From an uncultured Acidobacteriota bacterium (lineage in GTDB: Bacteria > Acidobacteriota > Terriglobia > Acidiferrales > UBA7541), in assembly GCA_963834215.1 (NCBI GenBank), contig CAWIAM010000015.1, positions 43,881 through 107,880 of the forward strand: DNA of 64,000 bases, given 5' to 3'. The stretch's first letter is position 1; the number at the start of each line of letters is the position of its first letter. The position numbers and the translations under genes were made by a program. The notes beneath the pieces were generated by a model. The model was given only the letters and a program-made list of their open reading frames with translations, made no database searches and was not told the DNA's origin. Of the stretch, positions 34,414 to 43,110 are shown in pieces.

Positions 34414-35568
34414 ATGGACAACACCAAGAATTTGATGAAGCGCACGGTAAATCGGCGCTCCCTTTTGCAGAAGGGAGCTTTGGCGGCGGGGGCGGTTACT
34501 ATCGGCGCCGGACTTTTCGGCGCTGAAAAGGCCGCCTTCGGACAGGAAACTAGTGGGAGCTTAACGAACGGAGATATCGCCATCCTTCGCTTCCTCGCGG
34601 CGGCGGAATTGATTGAAAGCGATTTGTGGCAGCAGTATGCGGAACTGGGTGGTATCGGCGATAACCCACCGGTTGAGATCGACCCCAACGAGATGGTGAA
34701 CAATTACCAGATCGCCTTGTCAAACCTCGACGGCGATGGCCCGCAATACATCAGCAGCAACACCATTGACGAAATCAGCCACGCAGCCTTCCTCAATGGC
34801 TACCTGGAATCCAAAGGAGCAGACCCGGTCAATTTCGACGAGTTCCGCATACTCCAAGGGAGCCAGGCGACGGGCGCGCAAAACATTGGCCGCCTCACCA
34901 ACCTCATGCACCTCAACGTGGACACCAGCTGGTTCGTCCGCTACCGCAGTTCAACCAATCCAGACTTCGGCGCCACTTTCCCTCAGGCGCTCAAACTCAG
35001 CAACGTTACCGCCATTCCCCGAAACAATAACGATTTCAACGGTGCTACCAACCCCAACTTTAAGGGTAACGACCACATCCAGGCAATCGCCAACGTAGCG
35101 GCCTTTCACTTCGGATACATCGAACAAGGTGGCTCGAGCCTCTATGCGGCGCTTGGCCAGAAAGTCAGCAGCCTGGAAGTGTTGAAGATCACCTTCGGCA
35201 TTGGTGGAGACGAGGTCGCTCACTTTCTGGAATGGGTTGATTTTGCGGGCAATGCCGTGCAACAGCCTGTGGCGCCGTTCAAGGATCCCATCTCCGGACT
35301 ATCGTTTCCCGATTTTTTCAACAACCCCCCGCTGCAACCGCCCAGCCGCGTTCAGCCCAGCCTGATCTTCCCGGTTCCCTGCGAATTCATCAGCCCGGAT
35401 TTGCCCCATTGCGCGGTGATTCGACCGAGCGACGACAAATTTGCAGGCGCCGTAGCGACCATTGCATCGTTCACAGCGGACGGCCTGTTTGTGGGCCAGA
35501 CGCCGAGATTCTTGCAGGTTTTGCAGCAAATGGCCGAAGAGGCCGACGCCGCCACGCGTCAACTGTAA
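34414..35568 (+). CDS. Tat-exported ferritin-like domain protein
   Basis: Twin-arginine signal NRRSLLQKGALAAGAV. The ferritin-like helices DIAILRFLAAAELIESDLWQQY and GGDEVAHFLEWVDFAGN carry E/H metal-ligand candidates. Confidence 0.8.
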   Translation: MDNTKNLMKRTVNRRSLLQKGALAAGAVTIGAGLFGAEKAAFGQETSGSLTNGDIAILRFLAAAELIESDLWQQYAELGGIGDNPPVEIDPNEMVNNYQIALSNLDGDGPQYISSNTIDEISHAAFLNGYLESKGADPVNFDEFRILQGSQATGAQNIGRLTNLMHLNVDTSWFVRYRSSTNPDFGATFPQALKLSNVTAIPRNNNDFNGATNPNFKGNDHIQAIANVAAFHFGYIEQGGSSLYAALGQKVSSLEVLKITFGIGGDEVAHFLEWVDFAGNAVQQPVAPFKDPISGLSFPDFFNNPPLQPPSRVQPSLIFPVPCEFISPDLPHCAVIRPSDDKFAGAVATIASFTADGLFVGQTPRFLQVLQQMAEEADAATRQL

Positions 35569-35591
35569 TCGCTCGTACGCTCGTAGCGCGC

Positions 35592-35636
35592 AAAAATGGT
35601 CCCGGCCTTTCTCGCTCAACGGAGAGGCCGGGGACC
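35592..35636 (-). terminator. Rho-independent terminator (possibly bidirectional) between the ferritin-like gene and a small minus-strand ORF
   Basis: A stem of about 14 bp, GGTCCCGGCCTTTC...GAGAGGCCGGGGACC, with one bulge. On the minus strand it is followed by TTTTT (plus-strand AAAAA at 35592-35596). Confidence 0.55.
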
Positions 35637-35646
35637 ATGCGCATAT

Positions 35647-35778
35647 TTACAAGAACCGGTCTGCGACGTCAAAAATAGTCGGAGCGATCGCCGTCAGGGC
35701 CTCCCGAATGGTGCGAGGCGCTTCATAACGCTCGTATCCGAGTTTTCGGAGTGCGCGACGGACTTGCGCCTGACTCAT
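35647..35778 (-). CDS. Small ORF (43 aa), possibly a remnant; weak HicA-like N-terminus
   Basis: MSQAQVRRALRKLGYERYEAPRTIREALTAIAPTIFDVADRFL. The stop is 10 nt before the terminator hairpin. However, AAGGA sits only 1 nt from the ATG, which is poor spacing. Confidence 0.25.
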   Translation of the reverse strand: MSQAQVRRALRKLGYERYEAPRTIREALTAIAPTIFDVADRFL

Positions 35779-36084
35779 ATCCTTATCGAATCACAGATGC
35801 GACAAAAAGCTCTTAAGGCCAACACCGTGCAGCCGCGCGGCATCGCTGCTTCTAATTAAGTAGGACAGCTCCTCGTGTCTATAAACCTATTTAATACGTA
35901 AGAGACCTCTACACGTATTGCTCACCAAAACTCCGAACGAGCCAATTTTCACCAGACCCCAGTCTTCAGCCTCTCCGTCCGAAAAATCGGAGATCGCGGC
36001 AGGTGCCGAGTTGAGCCTCTGCGGCCCGCCTCCTGGATCTCGTTAACGATTTGCGCGAAAATCGCCACATAATCGAATATTGTG

Positions 36085-36114
36085 TTGACAACCCATATTC
36101 AAAATGTCTATAAG
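36085..36114 (+). promoter_or_regulatory. Near-consensus sigma-70 promoter (TTGACA-N18-TATAAG)
   Basis: TTGACA at 36085-36090 and TATAAG at 36109-36114. It lies about 320 nt upstream of the TonB-dependent receptor start codon. Confidence 0.45.
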
Positions 36115-36434
36115 ACTTATCAAGTTTTGGGAACGATACCAAGTCGTTGCCAGGGTGGGCGCGGCAAGCGTTTGTTGTGAGCGCTTGGCAAAAGAGGCTC
36201 TTAGTGCTAGAGTCCGCCCAACGGTATCGAAGATTCGCATGGGTTGTATCGAAGGCAGTGCGTGTTTATGGGTGGTGTCTGGGTGAAAACGGTGTGTCTC
36301 GGGGTGCCCAAGTCTCCTGACTGTTACGCCGCGGCTTCTTAAACCAATCCTGGTTTGAGTTCGTAGTCGTGCGCCTAATTTCGCGTTGCGGGATGGGTAG
36401 GCCTAGCACGCCTCTCTGTGGGGAGGAAAGAATC

Positions 36435-39400
36435 ATGATTAAGTCATCGGATCGTTTTCTGCGTGCGCTTGCTATTAGCCTGTTATTTTGTGTCGCTGCC
36501 ATGCTGCTGAGTTCTCCGCTCGCGGCGCAGTCCACCTTCGGTTCGATTTCCGGAACTGTGATGGACGCTTCCGGCTCGGCTGTCGCGGACGCGCAGGTCA
36601 CTCTGACCAGCGTCGCCACCAGCGCGAAGCAAACCTTCACCACCGGTCCCGACGGCCTCTATTCCTTCGTCAATTTGAATCCCGGTGAATACACCCTGGA
36701 AGCCGAGAAGACCGGCTTCAAGCACTTCAAGCGCGAGTCGGTCGTCGTGCAGGTCCAACAAGCCGTCCGCATTGACGTGCCCATGGAGCTCGGCGCAGTC
36801 AACCAGACCATTGAAGTGACCGCGGAAACCCCGCTTCTTCAGCCCACCTACACATCGCTTGGCCAGGTGATCAACGAGCGCGAGACCAACGAGATTCCTC
36901 TGAACGGTCGCAACGTTTTCACCCTCATCACTCTTTCTCCCGCGGCGATCGCGGGGGGCAGCGGCTCGGGTTCCTCAACCGGCGGGTCGCAGGTTGGCCC
37001 GAATCCGTTTAGCTGGGGCAATTACCAGGTCGGCGGCTCGTTCGGCAACGAGAGCGCCGAGTACCTTGACGGCCAGCCCGTGAACATTGGCTACATCAAC
37101 TTGCCGGTTCTGCTTCCCGACCAGGACGCGATCTCGGAATTCAAGGTGCAGTACAACAACCTCGGGACCGGAATGGGGCAAGTTCGCCGGCGGCATCGTT
37201 AACCTGAGCACGAAGGGCGGAACGAACCAGTATCACGGTGAAGCGTACGAGTATCTGCGCAATAAGGTTCTCAATGCGCGGCCGTATTTCGACACCTCGA
37301 ATCCACCGTACGTCCAGAACCAGTTCGGCGGCACCTTTGGCGGCCCGGTAATCAAGGACAAAACCTTCTTCTTCTTCGCGCTATGACGGATACCGTCAGC
37401 GCGCATCCACGGTATTTGCCACAACAGTGCCCACTGTGGCGGAGAGAGGCGGTGTGTTCCCCGCGGACGTTCCGATTTACGATCCGCTCAGCGTGAGTCC
37501 GGCTTGTCTTGCGCCGGCGGTAACACTGAAGCAAATTGCGCCCGCACGCAATTCGCCGGCAACACGATTCCCACCGCAGAACTTAATCCAGCTGCACTGG
37601 AAGAACTGAAGTTCATTGCGATGCCGACAAGCGGCGGCGAAGTCAACAACTTCACCGCGGCTGGGGCCTCCGGCGGCAATCCAATCAATATGTAGCGCGT
37701 GTGGATCAGAACATTAACTGCCCAGCAACATATTTTTGCTCGTTACAATTTTTTTAATCTGCTGGATTTGCCGCTCGATCCCTTCAAGACCGGGTTGTGC
37801 GCTGACAAGTGCGCGGAAACGTATCAGACCAACGCCCTCGCGATAGACTACAGCTACGCGATTCATCCCGAACTGATTCTGAATATCAATGCGCAGCGGC
37901 AGCCGGTTCCATTATCTGCGCTCGCCGACGAACTCGGATTTCGACTTGACGCAATTCGGCTGGCCCGCAGCTTTACAATGCCGAAATTCCCGCCGCAGGC
38001 CGGTCGCCGTTTACGCCTTGCTTCACTCCGCAGGACCCGACAATTACCTGTTCGCAGGGCCAAAGCTTCATCACCGACCACGACACCCAGGTCAATGTCT
38101 CGCCAAGCCTTACTTGGATCAAGGGGCGTCATACCTGGGTGTTTGGCGGCCAGCTAACCGAGACCTACGACAACTACGCCCAAACGAACATCGCCAGCGG
38201 CGCTTTCGCTTTCAATGGCAGCTGGACGGCTGACAACGCTGTCGTCCGACGTCGGGCACTGGTATCTCCTTCGCCGATTTCCTGCTGGGATACGGCCTGA
38301 ACCAGTGGCAGTGTGTTCAACCACAATTACGGTGAAGCGCAGATCCCGGCGCTCGTGGCGCAAAAGGAAACCTATCGGGGCTTTTACTTTGGAGATACAT
38401 GGAGAGTCACCCAGAAACTGACGATCAACTACGGCGTGCGTTACGATCTGCCGGGAAATTGGTCGGAGCGTCATGACCTTTCTAGCTATTGGGATCCGTC
38501 TGCAGTAAACCGTTCGGTTACCGGCTGCGGCGTGGCTACCTCGGGGCCGATGGCGGGCCAGGGCATTGCCGGCAGCCCGTGTCCGGGCGACATCTTCTTC
38601 GTTAAGACGGGCATTAACCCTGGGCGGACCGCGGTACCTATTTATAAGAAGGAGTTGATGCCGCGAGTTGGGGTTGCCTATAGCTGGGATCAGAAGACGG
38701 TCATTCGCGCCGGTTACGGCATCTTCTTCATCCCGAACTGGGTATATTTCAACCTGAACCCCAGCAATGACCCGCTCAACTTGTCCTCAACTCTGTGGGT
38801 CGCCACCACGAACGGCGGACTCACTCCCAATAGCTCGCTGACGCAGACGGGCTGCACTTTTGCCCGGGAGCCCGGCCCCCCTTAATTGCGCGTCCAACGG
38901 GCCATTCGGTCCGAATCTCAATCTGCCGCTTACTAGGTCGGGCAATATTTCCGCTTTTGACGCCGGTGCAAACCCATTTGAGGCGCCCTACCGAGCCTAT
39001 TCGCCGGGGTATGTGCAGCAGTTCAACTTGGATATCCAGAGAGAATTGCCAGGGGGCATCTTCGTGGATGCCGCGTACGCAGGCTCCCGCGGCGTGCATT
39101 TGGCGAGCTCAAACAACGTTTCTATCAACAATATTCCCGACTCGTTCTACGCCCAAGCACAGGCACAAGAGAACGCGGGCCTCCCGGTCACAATCACTAC
39201 GGCGATTCCGAACCCATTCCAGGGAATTACCACTGTAAGCGGGTTAAATCCAACGGGGAACCCTACGATTCTCGCGGGTCAGTTGGACCGTCCCTATCCC
39301 CAGTATACCGGCTTGTCGCTTGTCGGGGATGGCTGCTGCGGTAGCAACTACAATTCGTTCCAACTCACGGCGACCAAGCGGTTCAAGGGTGGCGGGACTT

Positions 39401-40111
39401 TCTTGGCTGCCTATACCAACGCCAAGTTGCTAAGCAACACAGATACGCTAACAACGTGGCTGGAAACTGGTGTCGGCCAACCTCAGGACTGGAACAATCT
39501 CAAGGCAGAGAAGTCGCTCTCTTCGCAGGATGTGTCCCAGCGTCTGGTGATCAGTTATGTTTATGACTTGCCATTTGGTCACGGACAAAAATACATGTCC
39601 GATGTTTCAGGCGTGACAAGTAAGATCGTCTCCGGTTGGGGTGTTGACGGCGTCACCACGTTTCAAAAGGGCTTCCCCCTGCCGATCAGTTTTGCCGGGT
39701 CCACGCCTCTTTCCAGCGCGGGATTCACTCAAAACTTTGCTCTGCGTCCGAATGTCGTAGCAGGATGCCACAAGGGCTTGCCTCATACGGTAACGCCGAA
39801 TGGAATTACCTGGATCAACCCGAGCTGCTTCACAGCTCCCGCAGACTGGGGCTTCGGCGACGAGTCACGAGTAGATCCTACACTTCGAAGCGCGGGGATC
39901 AATAACTGGGACATCGCCTTATTCAAAACGACGAACTTCGGTCCGGAGGACAAACTTGGCTTGCAGTTCCGCACGGAGTTCTTCAACACGTTTAATCGCG
40001 TCCAGTTTTCTCCACCAAACACCGGTTTCGGCAGGGCGAGCTTCGGACTTGTGAACAACCAGCTCAACAACCCGACGACTGATTCAGTTCGCTCTGAAGT
40101 TCCTGTTCTAG
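36435..40111 (+). pseudogene. TonB-dependent receptor (CarboxypepD_reg N-terminal domain + plug + barrel) disrupted by at least 10 frame changes
   Basis: Pieces in ORFs 36369..37202, 37087..37386, 37427..37609, 37504..37695, 37699..38157, 37889..38233, 38313..38885, 38860..40239 and in unlisted frames read collinearly as one receptor. Junction examples are NNLG|PEWGKFAGGIVNLSTKGGTNQYHG, TFFFFA|YDGYRQR and QYVARVDQNIN. The true C-terminus NP.RLIQFALKFLF* ends at TAG 40109-40111 in yet another frame. The start ATG at 36435 is preceded by GGGGAGGA. Confidence 0.8.
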
Positions 40112-40368
40112 CGAGCGTCACGGACGAAGGTGGATGCCGTTCGTCGGTATCCACCTTTCGTTCTAACTCCCAGGCGATCGCCCAGCGAATCTCTCGTGCG
40201 TCGGTTCCCAGCGATAGCAACCCTCTGCCTTCGCTCTAGCCTCCCCGCTCGCCAGGTAACCCCTCAATGACGGTCGAACCTCGAGTCGCGTCCGCAGCGC
40301 TCACAATGCGTCCGTGCGCCACTTCTGCTAATCTTTCGATTGCAGCACCGGAGTCCGCCCCCAATCGC

Positions 40369-42009
40369 ATGAACCGGATCACACGCCGCAATTTCCTCGA
40401 ATCGTTAGCTGTGATGGGCCTCGCACTGCCCATGCCCCAAGCACTCTTTGACGCGAAACATCCCCGCGGCCTCGATTTCGAGCACGTAAACTCACCCACG
40501 CCGCAAAAATACCTGATCGAGACAATGGGCGGCGGCGTAGCGCTCTTTGATTACAATAACGACGGCCTGCTCGACATTTTCCTGGTCAATAGCGGCCATC
40601 TCTCGAATCCCATGCACCCGCCGGAAACCTTCGACCGTCACGATCCGCGCAATTGGAATCGTCTCTATCGTCAAAACCCGGATGGGAGCTTCACGGACGT
40701 CACCAAAGAAGCGGGCCTCTCGAACGCAGGTGACGGCAACTACGGCATGGGCGTAGCGGTCGGCGATTACGATAACGACGGCTTTCCCGACCTCTACATC
40801 ACGAACTACGGAAAAAATATCCTGTACCACAATAACGGCGACGGCACCTTCACCGACGTAACCGCTAAAGCCGGCGTGGAAGCGGGAGGCTGGAGCTGCT
40901 CGGCCGGATTTTTCGATTACGATAACGACGGTCATCTCGACCTGTTCGTCACCCGCTACATGCTCTGGGACACCCAGCACAGCAAAATCTGTGGCAACGA
41001 GTGGCAGACGTACTGCCCTCCCGCCGAATTCCCGCAGACCACCAACATTCTTTACCGCAATCGCGGCGACGGCACATTCGAAGATGTCAGCCAACATTCC
41101 GGCATCGCCGCACTCAAGGGCCGCTCCCTGGGCGTCTGCTTTGCCGATTACGATGACGATGGCTTCACCGACATCTTCGTCTCGAACGACGGCATGCGGC
41201 AGTTTCTTTTCCACAATAATGGCGACGGCACCTTCACCGAACGCGCTCTGGAAGCAGGCGCCGCTCTCACCGCCGATGGCAAGCCTCTCTCAGGCATGGG
41301 CACTGTGTTTCAAGATTACGACAATGATGGCCGCCCGGACATTTTAGTCACCGTGCTGCCCCGCGAGGTTTATGCGCTATTTCACAACGACGGAAACGGG
41401 CTCTTCAGCTATCGCAGCCTGCAAGCGGGGCTGGGTGTGCTGACGGCGGCAAGTTCCGGCTGGGGCGTGGGCCTCGAGGATTTCGACAACGACGGCTGGA
41501 AAGACTTGTTCGTAGCGCAAAGCCACGTGCTCGACAACGTCGAAGAAATCGACCACATGCTGCACTACAAAGAACCGCCGTTGCTCGCTCTCAATCACGC
41601 GGGCCGATTCGAGCGCGCGGATTCGGGCGTCACTGCGGCAATCGCTGGCCGCGGCGCCGCGTTCGGCGACATAAATAATGACGGGTATCAGGACGTGGTC
41701 GTCACTTCGCTCGGCGGAGAGCCTCTCGTACTATACGGTCACCCAACTACAGGACACTGGCTCTCGATCGCCTTGCGCGGCACGCGCAGCAATCGCGACG
41801 GCCTAGGCGCGCGCGTCCAGGTCAACGGCCAGACGCGCTTCGCCACCACCTCGGGCAGCTACATTTCCGCAAGCGACAAGCGCCTCCACTTCGGTTTAGG
41901 TGACGCGGAAACAGCCAAAGTAGAAATTCGCTGGCCCTCCGGCACGCATCAAGTTCTCGAAAACGTAAAGGCCAATCAGTTTCTGGAAGTCCGCGAGCCC
42001 GAAAAATGA
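40369..42009 (+). CDS. FG-GAP repeat / ASPIC-UnbV domain protein (CRTAC1-like)
   Basis: Tat-like MNRITRRNFLESLAVMG. Repeated DYDNDG.(P/L)D(I/L)(F/Y)V FG-GAP/VCBS motifs. C-terminal UnbV_ASPIC block GLGARVQVNG...SGSYISASDKRLHFGLG...IRWPSG. Confidence 0.85.
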   Translation: MNRITRRNFLESLAVMGLALPMPQALFDAKHPRGLDFEHVNSPTPQKYLIETMGGGVALFDYNNDGLLDIFLVNSGHLSNPMHPPETFDRHDPRNWNRLYRQNPDGSFTDVTKEAGLSNAGDGNYGMGVAVGDYDNDGFPDLYITNYGKNILYHNNGDGTFTDVTAKAGVEAGGWSCSAGFFDYDNDGHLDLFVTRYMLWDTQHSKICGNEWQTYCPPAEFPQTTNILYRNRGDGTFEDVSQHSGIAALKGRSLGVCFADYDDDGFTDIFVSNDGMRQFLFHNNGDGTFTERALEAGAALTADGKPLSGMGTVFQDYDNDGRPDILVTVLPREVYALFHNDGNGLFSYRSLQAGLGVLTAASSGWGVGLEDFDNDGWKDLFVAQSHVLDNVEEIDHMLHYKEPPLLALNHAGRFERADSGVTAAIAGRGAAFGDINNDGYQDVVVTSLGGEPLVLYGHPTTGHWLSIALRGTRSNRDGLGARVQVNGQTRFATTSGSYISASDKRLHFGLGDAETAKVEIRWPSGTHQVLENVKANQFLEVREPEK

Positions 42010-43082
42010 TGACGGCCGCGTCTCTCTCGATTCTTCTCGCGCTGCAGGCGTCGTCGGCGTCGCCTGCGCTGCAGCACCTGCACGCGGGAGTCGAGGCGGA
42101 CCAGGCCGGGCAAGTGGATCAAGCGGTCGCCGAATTTCAAAAAGCCGCCGACCTCGATCCCAAGTTAGCCGCCGCATTTGTGGATCTTGGCGGAGTGCTG
42201 ATTGAAAAACACGATTACGCGGGCGCCGTTCCGCCGCTGAAGCGCGCCGTAGCGCTCAACCCGAACCTCGAAGGCGCTCACCGCTTATTGGGATACGCGC
42301 TGCTGGCGCAGGGATTTGCCGCGGAAGCAATTCCCCACCTGGAAAAAGCGCACGAAGAGGGCGCTCTCGGCGTCGCATTGCTGGAAGCGGATCGATTGCC
42401 GGAAGCGGTGGCTGTTCTGCAAAAGGCCTTGGCGAAAAGCCCCGATGATCCGGACTTGCTCTATAACTACGGCCGCGCATGCGGCCTGCTTTCCAAGCAG
42501 GTTTTTGACGAGCTCGAATCCCGCTTTCCGGATTCCGCGCGCGCACACCAAATGATGGCGCAAGATTATGCCGCTCTGCGCGACGTGCCGGGCGCCGAAC
42601 GCGAATTCCAGGAAGCGCTGAAATTGCGTCCGCAAACTCCGGGTTTGCATTTGCAGCTCGGCGAACTTTACGCGCGCGCTCAACAGTGGGACAAAGCCGA
42701 AGAGCAATTCCAACTCGAGACGCAAGTTCAGCCCGGAAGCGCCGAAGCGTTCTACCGTCTCGGCGAATCGTTGCTGCAGCTCGGCAAATTTCATGAAGCG
42801 CGCGAGGCGTTGGTCAGCTCAGATCAGTTGAAAGCGGAAATGCCCGAAACGTTGTACCTTCTCGGAAAGGCCGCGGTCCTCGATGGAGACGAAGCTCTCG
42901 CACAAAAGTCGTGGGAACACTTGCTGAAGCTGGAACAGAACACTTCTCTTGCCGCGCAGGCGCATTTCGGTTTGTCCGGCATTTATCGCAAGCAAGGAAA
43001 GACCGCGGAAGCCGACCGCGAAATGGAAGCATTTCGCAAATTGCAGGCTCCCGCGGGCCAGACGGACGATTCACAGAAATAA
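42006..43082 (+). CDS. TPR repeat protein
   Basis: 358 aa. Signal-like N-terminus followed by repeated TPR helices. ATGA overlap with the preceding gene. Confidence 0.8.
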   Translation: MMTAASLSILLALQASSASPALQHLHAGVEADQAGQVDQAVAEFQKAADLDPKLAAAFVDLGGVLIEKHDYAGAVPPLKRAVALNPNLEGAHRLLGYALLAQGFAAEAIPHLEKAHEEGALGVALLEADRLPEAVAVLQKALAKSPDDPDLLYNYGRACGLLSKQVFDELESRFPDSARAHQMMAQDYAALRDVPGAEREFQEALKLRPQTPGLHLQLGELYARAQQWDKAEEQFQLETQVQPGSAEAFYRLGESLLQLGKFHEAREALVSSDQLKAEMPETLYLLGKAAVLDGDEALAQKSWEHLLKLEQNTSLAAQAHFGLSGIYRKQGKTAEADREMEAFRKLQAPAGQTDDSQK

Positions 43083-43110
43083 TGCGGATCCATCCCAGAG
43101 AGGAGCGCTC

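Noticed and set aside
40492-41214. 240-aa minus-strand ORF
   Set aside because: It is antisense to the FG-GAP/ASPIC gene. Its repetitive V/A/I-rich translation mirrors the DYDNDG repeats on the coding strand.
42949-43110. 5' extension of the GH3 ORF given by the ORF track
   Set aside because: The extension overlaps the 3' end of the TPR gene and encodes no signal peptide. ATG 43111 has a strong RBS and yields a canonical signal peptide.
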